A stretch of 63,541 bases of DNA, taken from the IMG/VR virus record IMGVR_UViG_3300032242_000295, positions 1-63,541 of that record; one strand, 5' to 3'. This DNA comes from a virus. Taxonomy: Duplodnaviria; Caudoviricetes. A program made the position numbers and the translations under genes. The notes beneath the pieces are model-generated. The model saw only the letters and a list, made by a program, of their open reading frames with translations. It made no database searches and was not told where the DNA came from. Shown piece by piece: positions 17,614 through 27,094 of the stretch (positions within the stretch are counted from its first letter, which is position 1; the number at the start of each line of letters is the position of its first letter).

Positions 17614-18548
17614 TATGCGTTCCTTTCGATTAGAGTTACATGTCTTGCGTATTCTTCCGGAGTCACGCCGAGTTTTCTCGCTAGAGATACTTGACGTGGC
17701 TCAAGTTTGATACGGGAAGGTGGTGTGCTGCGCGTTGCAGGCGCAACCACAGAACTCGATCGGCGCGAAGGCGTGTAAGCCTCTTCTGCCTGAAGTGACG
17801 TCTTTTTAGGAGGCTCGTCATTTTCCTCGGTTATCCCAAAATTCTCAGGAAAACGCTTTCGGATGGTGCGATCGATTGTTTTGAAATAATCTTCGGAACC
17901 AATGTAGTCAGAACCATACTGCTTTTGCAACTTTTTGTCAAGTCCCATTGCAGCCATAGTCATTTCCTCGTCCACTCCAAACCAATCACTGTTGTTTTCT
18001 ACCCACTGTTTAGTGCGCGGATTGGTTTGTGCTTGTTGGCGTGGAGGCTCCATAACTTGCGCTTCGATTGGGCGCATAGTCTCTGCCTTGTCAAGTTTTA
18101 GAGAGGCTTTGGTGACCTCAACTTGAGCTTCTGCAAAGGCATCTGCGTCGCCGTCTTCGAAAGCTTTTTGGAGCTTCTTCTTAGCATTGTCCAACTGCAT
18201 TTCTGCCGTGGATTTGCTTTGCTCAATGAGCACTTTACTGCCTGATTCCAATTGCTCTTTGAGGCGCTTGTTTTCCTCGTAGACGCTCTTGGCAAAGGCT
18301 TCCGCTTCCTCGCGCTCTTTTTGAGCTGCCTTGCGGGCGCGGCGTTCATTGTGGTAGTTATTGGTGTATTTCTTTAGCTTATTCTTTACGTTTTCGTCGT
18401 AATTAGCAAGCTCTTCGTCGGTAGGATCTTCCTGCTCAACCTTAACTTTGACCTCTTCATCGGTATCGATTTCAAGCTCTTGTTGAACGGGAGTCTCTTT
18501 TTCCTCATCGGGGAATGTAAATTCCTCGCCTTTGTACTCTGTTGCCAT
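17613..18548 (-). CDS. Capsid scaffolding protein
   Basis: Acidic coiled coil, WVENNSDWFG, C-terminal LARKLGVTPEEYA helix. Confidence 0.7.
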   Translation of the reverse strand: MATEYKGEEFTFPDEEKETPVQQELEIDTDEEVKVKVEQEDPTDEELANYDENVKNKLKKYTNNYHNERRARKAAQKEREEAEAFAKSVYEENKRLKEQLESGSKVLIEQSKSTAEMQLDNAKKKLQKAFEDGDADAFAEAQVEVTKASLKLDKAETMRPIEAQVMEPPRQQAQTNPRTKQWVENNSDWFGVDEEMTMAAMGLDKKLQKQYGSDYIGSEDYFKTIDRTIRKRFPENFGITEENDEPPKKTSLQAEEAYTPSRRSSSVVAPATRSTPPSRIKLEPRQVSLARKLGVTPEEYARHVTLIERNA

Positions 18549-18557
18549 CTTTACTCC

Positions 18558-18968
18558 TTATGCAGCACGTTGAATGCCACGTGGGTCTTCGACTGTCGCT
18601 TCGACCAAATCATCAGTGATGATGCGGAATTCACGACCATGAATCTTCAGGCGTGTGCCTGAATTGGGGCGGACGATGACAAAATCACCGACCTTGCAAG
18701 AAGGACCGTCAGGGAAACGGCTCTTATCTTGATAGGCATCAGGACCCATTTTGACGACAAAAAGTACAGGCGTTAAAACCTCTTCGTAATGCATCGTTCT
18801 GGCATCTTTGACTAGACCTACCTCACTATCGGCATATTCCTCCATAGCCTCTGGTACGACGCAAAGGAGGTGAAACCTCTTAGGATCGGGTAGCTGTTTC
18901 GCCTTTTCCTCTGCAGTCCTGTTAAGGACGCCGGACAGGTCCACAGCGGACACGTCAAATTCACTCAT
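18558..18968 (-). CDS. groES: GroES-like co-chaperonin
   Basis: VVKMGPDAYQDKSRFPDGPSCKVGDFVI...GREFRIITDDLVEATV. Confidence 0.75.
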   Translation of the reverse strand: MSEFDVSAVDLSGVLNRTAEEKAKQLPDPKRFHLLCVVPEAMEEYADSEVGLVKDARTMHYEEVLTPVLFVVKMGPDAYQDKSRFPDGPSCKVGDFVIVRPNSGTRLKIHGREFRIITDDLVEATVEDPRGIQRAA

Positions 18969-19161
18969 CGGATTTCTCCATTCTTTCTACGAGGTCGTTG
19001 ATGGACTGATCTGCGAGGCTTAGACCCCGAATTACTCCGCAGACGTTTTTGTATTCAGCGTAATCTGCTGCCCTGCCTGTTGCGATAAATTGCGCCTGTT
19101 CATCACGCAGGCGTTCTATCTCCTTTTGGATGTAGGCAAGTGCTCGGATTACGTCATTCAT
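18961..19161 (-). CDS. Hypothetical protein
   Basis: DYAEYKNVCGVIRGL helical protein coupled to the portal gene. Confidence 0.65.
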   Translation of the reverse strand: MNDVIRALAYIQKEIERLRDEQAQFIATGRAADYAEYKNVCGVIRGLSLADQSINDLVERMEKSDE

Positions 19162-21587
19162 TTGTTATTCCTTTGGTGGCGGCTCTTCGCCAAGTCAATA
19201 CCCATTCTTGTTCCCTCGAGTTGTTGCTGCTTGTTTAGCTGGTCGCGCTTGGCTGCTGCGTTCGCGGCGACTTGCATGGCGGCAATTTCTTTCTGGGCTT
19301 CAATTCGGGCTTCTTCTATGCGCAGTTGATCGGCTTTGGCAGCTGCTTCAATCTGCTGTTTTTGTTGTTTTAACTGGAGTTCCTGCATCTTTATCTGCAA
19401 CTCTTGTTGCTGCATTTGAACCACAGGGTCTTGCATTTGCTGTTGGGCCATCTGTTGTTGAGCCTCTTGTGTGTGCTGTTTAAACAGCTTGGCGGATGCT
19501 TCGGATGCCATCTGAGCAAGTTGGTTTGCAAAGGCAGGATCAACTTTCTTGTTTTGTTCTTCGTTTGGCAAGGGGATGCCCATTTCCTCTTCGATGCGGC
19601 GGCGGTACTCGAACGCTACGTGCTCTTGGATGTGAGCCATCATTGCTGCTTGAATAGCCTGCGCTTGAGGGTTTTGACCAATGATCTGCATGATTTTTGG
19701 ATCCTGCATAGCATTCATGTGAACCTGAATGTGGGCAGTGTGGTTTTGCTCCGCAAAAGCTTTCAAGGGCTTTCCTGTCAATGCATTCTGGTTTTCTTGG
19801 ATTGGGTCTGTTGGGAGCTCGTCGTCCTCAATTGGGACTAACTTATTGGCGTTCTTAACGCCCAGCACCTCAATCATTTGACGGTGCAGCAGAGGCAAGT
19901 TGTAGAGTTGAGGGGCAGATTGGGCTAATTGGAGTACTGCTTGGTACTGGACAATCTTTTGCGCCATCGTCGCCGCATTGGGATCTGAGACGGGGATGAC
20001 ATCCACCAACTCATAATCTGCCCTTTTTGCACGGCGGTCACCTGATTCCGGCTCGAACTCGTATTCTTCGGGTGCGTCTTCGGCGATGATTTCCTTGAGC
20101 AGTTTAAACTCTTGCTTCATGCTGAAATGCATGCGACTTTGAACTGCGCCCATAACCTTTAGGGTTCGCTCAAGGATAGCCAAGGTTGTACCAACCGGAG
20201 CTTGCGAGCTCATGTCGGAGACGTTCATGTCTCCAGAAGATGCAAATGCTCTGCCCTCTTCTACGATGTTTTGGAAGAGAGCAAACAGAACCTGACTTGG
20301 TTCTTTGTATGGAAGCGGCAGGATGTTGTCTCTGATACTTCCGGAAGGGACGTCTACGTCTCTAAATTCACCCGGCTGAATCGGGGTGTCATCCCCTTTA
20401 ATCCGAAGTCCTCTTGATTTAAGTCCTCCCGGGAGATTTGATAAAGTGCCCGCGTCAACAAGTTGGCGGATGAGCATCGTTGCTGATTTCGCGTAGCCTC
20501 CGATAAGGTGGATAAGACCGTAACCATAGAAGCCAAAACCGGGGATGTATTGGTAGTGGACAAAATGTTGTCGCTTTTGGTGGAGTTCGTCATCTTCGTG
20601 CCAGTTCCTACGAATTGAAAGGACCTCCATGCTACCCTTTTCTATGGTCACCACATAGGGCAGCGCAATGCCGGTCATCTCGCCTTGTTTGTTCTTGTGC
20701 TCATAGCCTAGGAGGTCTAGGTTGACATGGACTTCCAATAGACGGAAGCGGTCATCTTGAATCGCCGTGATGCCGTTTTCTTCTGCCTTTTGTTTTTCGA
20801 TGTCATCTAAATCGTTGGTGGGTTCTCCCAGATCTACATCACGGTAAAAGCCAACCTCTTGGAGTTTGATGATGTCATTCTTTCCCTTGCGCATGACATG
20901 GGTGATTCGTTCTGCGCTATCGAGATCCGATGCTCCATAGGGAACGACTATGTCTTCGGCGGGGATAAAGATGGCAACTTGCCTGTCTTTGCTTGGATCG
21001 TAGTAAACCTTCTTGAATGCACTGCCCGTGATTGGAAGAGACCAAAGCAATCTCTCATGCTCGGGTCGATATTCCTGCATCACCTCTGTCAGTTGGTAGT
21101 TCATGTCCGTCTGAACTCGGTGGGCTGCCTCGTTGATTTCAGGAGTTTCTTTACCGATGATGGAAGCTTTAACTGGCCCGGCGGCAGGGAATGTCTCCAT
21201 GATGCCTTCAGCTTGAAAGCGCACAACAGACTCAGTCAGCATGGGGTGGAACACACCACAGGCTCCTTGCCAAGGCTCAGTTCTCTCTTCGTACTTAAGA
21301 CCTAAAAGCTTTAGACCTTCGACGTAGGTCTGTACCCAGTCCCGTCGGTCGCGTTGATCTTTATCAAAATCATCAATGATTTGCCCGGCAACAGTACTTA
21401 AATATCCCTCAGGCAGATACTCAGCTAAATTTGCGTCGAAGTCCTCGGCGGTATCTTGATGGGGCTCAAGATCAATCTCAAGACCGTCCATCTCAATATG
21501 GACGGCATCTGGATTCTCAATCTCAATAGCCATATCGGGTTGTAGTTCTGAAATGCCCTGTGGGGCTTGGTATAAACCTTTTTCCAT
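19158..21587 (-). CDS. Portal protein
   Basis: 809 aa after TerL; PWQGACGVFHP, GSAFKKVYYD, GFYGYGLIHLIGG; Gln-rich C-terminal barrel. Confidence 0.85.
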   Translation of the reverse strand: MEKGLYQAPQGISELQPDMAIEIENPDAVHIEMDGLEIDLEPHQDTAEDFDANLAEYLPEGYLSTVAGQIIDDFDKDQRDRRDWVQTYVEGLKLLGLKYEERTEPWQGACGVFHPMLTESVVRFQAEGIMETFPAAGPVKASIIGKETPEINEAAHRVQTDMNYQLTEVMQEYRPEHERLLWSLPITGSAFKKVYYDPSKDRQVAIFIPAEDIVVPYGASDLDSAERITHVMRKGKNDIIKLQEVGFYRDVDLGEPTNDLDDIEKQKAEENGITAIQDDRFRLLEVHVNLDLLGYEHKNKQGEMTGIALPYVVTIEKGSMEVLSIRRNWHEDDELHQKRQHFVHYQYIPGFGFYGYGLIHLIGGYAKSATMLIRQLVDAGTLSNLPGGLKSRGLRIKGDDTPIQPGEFRDVDVPSGSIRDNILPLPYKEPSQVLFALFQNIVEEGRAFASSGDMNVSDMSSQAPVGTTLAILERTLKVMGAVQSRMHFSMKQEFKLLKEIIAEDAPEEYEFEPESGDRRAKRADYELVDVIPVSDPNAATMAQKIVQYQAVLQLAQSAPQLYNLPLLHRQMIEVLGVKNANKLVPIEDDELPTDPIQENQNALTGKPLKAFAEQNHTAHIQVHMNAMQDPKIMQIIGQNPQAQAIQAAMMAHIQEHVAFEYRRRIEEEMGIPLPNEEQNKKVDPAFANQLAQMASEASAKLFKQHTQEAQQQMAQQQMQDPVVQMQQQELQIKMQELQLKQQKQQIEAAAKADQLRIEEARIEAQKEIAAMQVAANAAAKRDQLNKQQQLEGTRMGIDLAKSRHQRNNK

Positions 21588-21595
21588 ATCGTTCC

Positions 21596-23101
21596 TTAGA
21601 CGGTGTAATATCTTTCACTTCTTCTGCTGCGGAAGTAGACAGGGTCATCCTCCTCATCAGACTCTATGCGTATAAATCCACCCTGCCTGAATCTCAACAA
21701 GGCTTGGCTGGTTGAGTCAACAAGGTCGTCGTGGTCCCCATTAGGGAAAGATGCAAGCTCTTCCATGAGCTCATCTGCCCATCTTGTATCTGGAGCCCAC
21801 ACAATTCCTGACCTAAACATGTCAGAAATAGCGTTTACACGCGCTATCTTATCGTTTCCTTTGCTCGGTGTATATTCCTGCAAAGGGATTCCCATCTGCC
21901 TCATCTCATAGATAAGCGGCGCACCAGCCGCTTTCTTTTCGACGATTAAGGTGTCTGGATTCCATTCTTTCCACATCTCAAACGCCTTAGTCTTTAGCTC
22001 TGGGAACTCCATGCGCTTCTTAAACGCATCTAAGACGATGATGTTTGTCCTGTAATCCCCATGCTCGTTAGGATGTTTAAACACACCCCATGTAGTGCAC
22101 GCGGAATAGTCGGCACGGTTGCCCTTTTCGAACGCTGTATCCCAAGACTGGATCAAATATTCGCATGACGGAGGTCTTTCATCCTCCCAAATCCTCCACT
22201 GATCGCGCTTGATGATCGCGCCTTCCTCAGATGTGGGGTTTTGTTGGTACTGAGCCTCCCATTTGGCTACAGGAAGTTCAGCTTTTAGGGCTTCTAGCGC
22301 CTCTTTCTTCCAGAATCCGGGCCAAAGAGGCGTGCCTGAGGGAAGAATCGCCGGAAAATCTATAACTTCCCAGCCATCTACGCCCTCTTTACTCGAGTTT
22401 TTAAGAATCTGCCCTGTTAAATCCCTTTTAGACCAGCGTGTCATCACAATAATGATGGCTCCACCGGGCTGTAAACGCTGACGAGGACCCGATGTGTACC
22501 ATTCATACACGTTGTCATACACCGCAGGGTTGCCTTGTTTAGCTTCCTGCTCAGAATGCGGGTCGTCGATGATTAAAAGGTCAGCACCTTTACCTGTAAC
22601 AGCGCCGCCAACACCTATCGCAAAATAGTCTCCTCCGACTTCAGTGTTCCAACGACCAGCTGCCTTTGAGTCTGAGGATAACTTTGTGTCAAATACTTTC
22701 CCATATGCTTCTGAACTTACCAAGTTACGGACTTTACGTCCAAAGCCCACAGCAAGTTCTGCCGTGTGGGCTGTCTGAATAATCTTCTTATGGGGAAACT
22801 TACCCAAGAACCACGCCGGCAACAGATACGAAGCAAATTCAGACTTCGTGTGACGTGGCGGCATGTTAATGATGAGCCTCTTTAACTCCCCTTTAGCAAC
22901 GCGCTCAAACGCGTTGCCCATGATCTGGTGATGCTTACCGGAGATGAACACGGGCCACATCTGAGATGCAAAGTAGACAAAGGACTCCCTGCATCTCTCT
23001 ACCCTGTCGTTCTCCAGTAAACGCACAATCTTCTTGCGTTCTGCCTCTGATACCGAATCAACGATATCCATGTAGTCTTGGATCTCTTCGGACGTTAGCA
23101 T
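21596..23101 (-). CDS. terL: Terminase large subunit
   Basis: INMPPRHTKS Walker A, LLIIDDP Walker B, YQQNP, SWDTA, FPNGDHDDLVDS nuclease motif. Confidence 0.95.
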   Translation of the reverse strand: MLTSEEIQDYMDIVDSVSEAERKKIVRLLENDRVERCRESFVYFASQMWPVFISGKHHQIMGNAFERVAKGELKRLIINMPPRHTKSEFASYLLPAWFLGKFPHKKIIQTAHTAELAVGFGRKVRNLVSSEAYGKVFDTKLSSDSKAAGRWNTEVGGDYFAIGVGGAVTGKGADLLIIDDPHSEQEAKQGNPAVYDNVYEWYTSGPRQRLQPGGAIIIVMTRWSKRDLTGQILKNSSKEGVDGWEVIDFPAILPSGTPLWPGFWKKEALEALKAELPVAKWEAQYQQNPTSEEGAIIKRDQWRIWEDERPPSCEYLIQSWDTAFEKGNRADYSACTTWGVFKHPNEHGDYRTNIIVLDAFKKRMEFPELKTKAFEMWKEWNPDTLIVEKKAAGAPLIYEMRQMGIPLQEYTPSKGNDKIARVNAISDMFRSGIVWAPDTRWADELMEELASFPNGDHDDLVDSTSQALLRFRQGGFIRIESDEEDDPVYFRSRRSERYYTV

Positions 23102-23331
23102 TAGAGATTGACCATAGCCCTAGCGGACTTATCCACAAGTCTTATCGAATGAAACTTGTACGGCTTAGTCTCAATCAAGCCCTCATCCTTTAGCTTGTGG
23201 ATAACTCTGTGGATATTTGACTTTGACTTCAACCCAAGTCCCTTAGCAATAACCTCATACGAAGGCGGTATCCCATGCAAACGCATGTAAGCCTTTATGA
23301 AGTCTAGAACTAACTGTTGTTTTTCAGTCAT
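23101..23331 (-). CDS. LexA-like winged-helix DNA-binding protein (no peptidase domain)
   Basis: TEKQQLVLDFIKAY...GIPPSYEVIAKGLGLKSKSNIHRVIHKLKDEGLI aligns by eye to the LexA N-terminal domain. Confidence 0.8.
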   Translation of the reverse strand: MTEKQQLVLDFIKAYMRLHGIPPSYEVIAKGLGLKSKSNIHRVIHKLKDEGLIETKPYKFHSIRLVDKSARAMVNL

Positions 23332-23632
23332 ACCTATAGTTTAAACGATTATACGAACGTTCGCAAGTACTTTATGTTTAAACATGTTTTTCAAAATATA
23401 TATACCCCGGGTGTATACAAAAACGGTATACAAGGGGGGGTGTTACATGTAACAGATGTGGCGAGGGACATGAGAACGTTCTTAGGGGTAGGGGGCATGT
23501 AATTGAATGTGTGGAATAGAGCGTAAGCATGCTGGGGGGTCCCATGCGCAAAAGGGGGTGATGGGGGCACGGTGGGGTCGGCACATCGTCGTTTAAACAT
23601 GCCACACCGCTCTATCGTTTAAACATCACTCA

Positions 23633-24265
23633 TCACTTGGCAACTGCATCACTCACTAGAGATGGAACTAGTGCACTACTCTTACGCTGTACTAGTCTTA
23701 AGTGCCCCGCTAGTTCCCTCTTCAACTGCTCACTGCTTATCGTCACCTCAGCCTTGCCATCATCCTGTTTAAACAGACCAGTGGCTTTGCCTAGTAGTTC
23801 TAATGCTTTTAATTTCGAGCCCTCTTGTTTGGCTTGTTTACTATGCTCCAATAATTGTTTCAACACATACCGTTTCGTCCCCGCCACGTCATCCACTAGG
23901 TTTTCCGTGATCGTCTCCCACGCATCCTTCAACATCTCTTGCACCCTTGGGTGCTTGAACAGTTTGTTTGCGTTGGTGCTGATGACGTGGTCGCTACTGG
24001 TGTCAGCGGGATAGGCATCCTTGTATGACTGCCGTAGTGTTTTCCCCTGTATAACCCCTAGGACGAATGCATGCTGTTGTGCTGTTAGTGGTCTCATCCG
24101 TTCACTTGTGATCACTTGACCGTCTGCCCTTTGTCTAGGTGCATCTGCCATATGCGCCATCCGTTCCGCTACGCTCATTTCGGGCGTTCGTTCGTTATCA
24201 AATTGATCAGGTTCGCTTGCCTCTTCCAGTGCCTTCAAGTACTCATCCCGACTTGTTTTTTGCAT
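23633..24265 (-). CDS. terS: Terminase small subunit (putative)
   Basis: LTAQQHAFV..SYKDAY..ANKLFKHPRV and KLKALELLGKATGLF motifs. Confidence 0.75.
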   Translation of the reverse strand: MQKTSRDEYLKALEEASEPDQFDNERTPEMSVAERMAHMADAPRQRADGQVITSERMRPLTAQQHAFVLGVIQGKTLRQSYKDAYPADTSSDHVISTNANKLFKHPRVQEMLKDAWETITENLVDDVAGTKRYVLKQLLEHSKQAKQEGSKLKALELLGKATGLFKQDDGKAEVTISSEQLKRELAGHLRLVQRKSSALVPSLVSDAVAK

Positions 24266-24328
24266 ACACTTGCCCCTAGGTTAGTAATGGTTAATTTAGG
24301 TTGTGATGCACTGTATGAATGTCCATCA

Positions 24329-24344
24329 CTGTTCGCATGTACAG
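24329..24344. promoter_or_regulatory. LexA/SOS box
   Basis: CTGT-TCGCATGT-ACAG; weaker neighbour CTGTATGAATGTCCAT at 24311-24326. Confidence 0.6.
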
Positions 24345-24355
24345 AGTCTATCAGG

Positions 24356-24417
24356 TTATCCACAGGCGTGTTGACAACTTAACTTATCCACAGGCTTATG
24401 CACATCAGTGTGGATAA
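24356..24417. promoter_or_regulatory. Cluster of four DnaA boxes
   Basis: TTATCCACA at 24356 and 24384, TTATGCACA at 24396, TGTGGATAA at 24409. Confidence 0.8.
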
Positions 24418-24545
24418 CTTTGTTAAACGAAATGCTTACACATTGTCAGGAAGCCCCTCAATTTTCCCAACCCATACCTACCCCGCCTGAATCACTTTAC
24501 CCGCCTTCCTGAGCCTTTAAATCGGTCTACCCCTCGAAAGTATTA

Positions 24546-24613
24546 CTGTATACATACAGCCTGTATATACCGACAGTTACTGTCTATCTTTACATGCTTG
24601 TACATACATACAG
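24546..24613. promoter_or_regulatory. Tandem LexA/SOS box array
   Basis: Perfect CTGTATATACCGACAG at 24561; one-mismatch boxes at 24580 and 24598; an N6-spaced variant at 24546. Confidence 0.7.
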
Positions 24614-24677
24614 GACATCCCAACCGCTCCGTCTTTTTAATAACCCTACGCTTTACTCAGGTAAATATCCCCAGTGT

Positions 24678-24705
24678 TTGACAGACAATATCAAACGTCT
24701 ATGAT
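24678..24705 (+). promoter_or_regulatory. Early sigma70 promoter
   Basis: TTGACA-N16-TATGAT ahead of the first early gene. Confidence 0.6.
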
Positions 24706-24748
24706 CAGCAACCATACCAACATCGGTATGCAACTTAAAGGAAACAAA

Positions 24749-24922
24749 ATGGATTCATATACAGCAGTCGGTATCGCAGAAGGTTTCATCGGTGCGAAAA
24801 CAGAAGAACAGGAAATACAGGCATGGCAGTACCTAGTTGATACTGGTCTTGCATGGCAGTTACAGGGATGGTTTGGACGCACGGCTAACCGTCTCATTGA
24901 ACAGGGTTTGATCAACGCCTAA
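24749..24922 (+). CDS. Early hypothetical protein
   Basis: AAGGA RBS; AWQYLVDTGLAWQLQGWFGRTANRLIEQGLI. Confidence 0.75.
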   Translation: MDSYTAVGIAEGFIGAKTEEQEIQAWQYLVDTGLAWQLQGWFGRTANRLIEQGLINA

Positions 24923-24992
24923 GTTAATACCGTGATGCCCATATCGTGGGCATTGCAGTAGTAATTTTGCTACGCAACTGGGACTAAAACCT

Positions 24993-25592
24993 ATGACTCT
25001 TCCTACCATCTACGCCACACGTGAAGAGTGGCTGACACAGGCATCAAACGAACTACGCCCCGCCTTTGAAATTGCGGGTGCAAAACTCCCTGACCGCATC
25101 CGCCTGACGTGCGGTCTACCATCAAATGCGTTACGTTCCAACGCCATTGGCGAATGTTGGATCGATACCGTCAGTGCCGACAAACACTATGAGGTGTTCA
25201 TTCACCCTAAATTGGCTGACCCGAAAGAAGTATTTGAGGTTGTTGTGCATGAGTTGATTCACACTGCCAAGGGCGGTTTCAATCACGGTGTCAATTTCCA
25301 ACGCATCGCAAGTGCCATGCTGTTAGAGCCTATCGATCCCTTTCGCAAGGAAGCATGGGGGGCAACATGTGGCACTCCCGACTTTGATGTCGCTTATGGT
25401 GCGATCATCGATTCACTAGGCGCATACCCCCACGGTTCAATGACCATTGGACGCAAGAAGAAAAAACAAAGTACCCGCATGCTGTCCGCAAAATGCCCCT
25501 CTTGCGGTTATGCAATTCGGTTGTCCGCTAAGTGGGCGTCCTACGGTCTCCCCTCTTGCCCTGTCGATCAAGACATTTTCACCCTAGTTTGA
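24993..25592 (+). CDS. SprT-like zinc metalloprotease with C-terminal Zn ribbon
   Basis: HELIH...HG.NF zincin motif; CPSCGY...CP. Confidence 0.75.
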   Translation: MTLPTIYATREEWLTQASNELRPAFEIAGAKLPDRIRLTCGLPSNALRSNAIGECWIDTVSADKHYEVFIHPKLADPKEVFEVVVHELIHTAKGGFNHGVNFQRIASAMLLEPIDPFRKEAWGATCGTPDFDVAYGAIIDSLGAYPHGSMTIGRKKKKQSTRMLSAKCPSCGYAIRLSAKWASYGLPSCPVDQDIFTLV

Positions 25593-25606
25593 TTGGAGTA
25601 ATACAA

Positions 25607-27085
25607 ATGAATGCATCTACACGTAACACTATCCGCACTGAGATATCACGCATCCCCATGCCCATCCGCAATGGTGCACTGAAAGCACTGGGCATGCCTA
25701 GCACTACCCCAGTACAGGACATAGACAAACTGACCGACTGGGCGATCGACAACTTCACCGACTATGACTTGGCGATCAGCAAGATCAAACATGCAACGCC
25801 TTTCACAACGTCCACTGCCCCGCTTGACAACGCACTGTCCGCCACGGTGCAAGCCACGTCCGCTGTCGCATCACGTGCTGAGACCACTGCCCTCGATGCA
25901 CTGCAGAAAGTCAACACCGTGCACCAAGACCTACTGAAAAAACTGGACGGTCTCAGTGACTCGATCGTGTCAACCGCCAAGTTCGCTAGTGGTATCGGCT
26001 CACGTCTCGACAAGGCAGAACATGAGATGGGCAAGGTTGCCATCGATGATGATGCTGTCAACCGTGCGGTCAACAAGGTTGTGGCTGATGCGTTCGCACC
26101 GTTTAAACAGGCAGTCGAATCTGTCGGGGCGCAAGAGGTTGTCGCTGACCTCGCATCGATCTACGTCACCGAAACCAAGTCGGCACTGGACGTGTTCGGT
26201 GTTGACGTGCGGGACGTGAAGGGAAACCCACTAATGGTTCGCATTTGGAATGACCCCACTGCCCCCGCTGTAAACCCCTACCACGTGTGGACTGAGAAGG
26301 TCTTGCGCCACTTCCTGTTGGCTGACCTCAACGGTGACAACGTGTGGTTGGGCGGTGAGAAGGCAACAGGCAAGTCAACTTCTGTCGAGCAATTCTGTGC
26401 TCGCACTGGACGTGCGTTTAAACGCATAAACTTCACCAAGCAAACCCAACTGGAAGACTTCATCGGCACAACAGGCTATGACCCTGTCAAAGGTACATAC
26501 TTTGAATCCAAGGATTTCCTGACAGGCTTTGCGCACCCCTCCACGTGCATCCTGTTGGATGAGCCTAGCAACCTCGATCCCGCCATCCTCGCCATCCTCA
26601 ATGGATTTTTAGAGCCCAACAGTGCGGTGTCATACGGTAATGCTGTACGCAGACGTGCTAACGGTGTACTGGTGTTCTGTGCTGACAACACGCTAGGAAA
26701 CGGTGACGATTCGGGACGCTATGCGGGTACAAAGGCAATGAATTCAGCCCTGATTGATCGCTTTTCACAAGTGGTTCGCATGGACTACCTACCGATAAAA
26801 GACGAAATCGATGCTGTCATGCGCCACACAGGGTGCACCAAGGAACTAGCAACCCACGTCTTGAAGGCAGTGCGTGTGGCACGTGCCAAGGTACAAACTG
26901 CCGACATTGTGGAAGCACCGTCCATCCGCTCAGTGGTCGCATTCATTAAGTCATTGAAGGTGCTCCCAGTGCGTGATGCATGGGAAGTGGCAGTGGCTAA
27001 CCGTCAGCCTAGCGAATCAGCAACCGCACTCGATGCGATCTTTACAGCAACCATCGATCAGACTTTGATCAGCAACAACATCTAA
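25607..27085 (+). CDS. MoxR/CbbQ/CobS-like AAA+ ATPase
   Basis: GEKATGKS Walker A, ILLDE Walker B, ADNTLGNGD, NSALIDRF; start at MNAST behind a GGAG RBS. Confidence 0.9.
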   Translation: MNASTRNTIRTEISRIPMPIRNGALKALGMPSTTPVQDIDKLTDWAIDNFTDYDLAISKIKHATPFTTSTAPLDNALSATVQATSAVASRAETTALDALQKVNTVHQDLLKKLDGLSDSIVSTAKFASGIGSRLDKAEHEMGKVAIDDDAVNRAVNKVVADAFAPFKQAVESVGAQEVVADLASIYVTETKSALDVFGVDVRDVKGNPLMVRIWNDPTAPAVNPYHVWTEKVLRHFLLADLNGDNVWLGGEKATGKSTSVEQFCARTGRAFKRINFTKQTQLEDFIGTTGYDPVKGTYFESKDFLTGFAHPSTCILLDEPSNLDPAILAILNGFLEPNSAVSYGNAVRRRANGVLVFCADNTLGNGDDSGRYAGTKAMNSALIDRFSQVVRMDYLPIKDEIDAVMRHTGCTKELATHVLKAVRVARAKVQTADIVEAPSIRSVVAFIKSLKVLPVRDAWEVAVANRQPSESATALDAIFTATIDQTLISNNI

Positions 27086-27094
27086 GGGGTAAAC

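Noticed and set aside
23317-23605. Short ORFs in the G-rich gap
   Set aside because: Pro-rich or low-complexity translations of the G/C tracts, with no convincing RBS.
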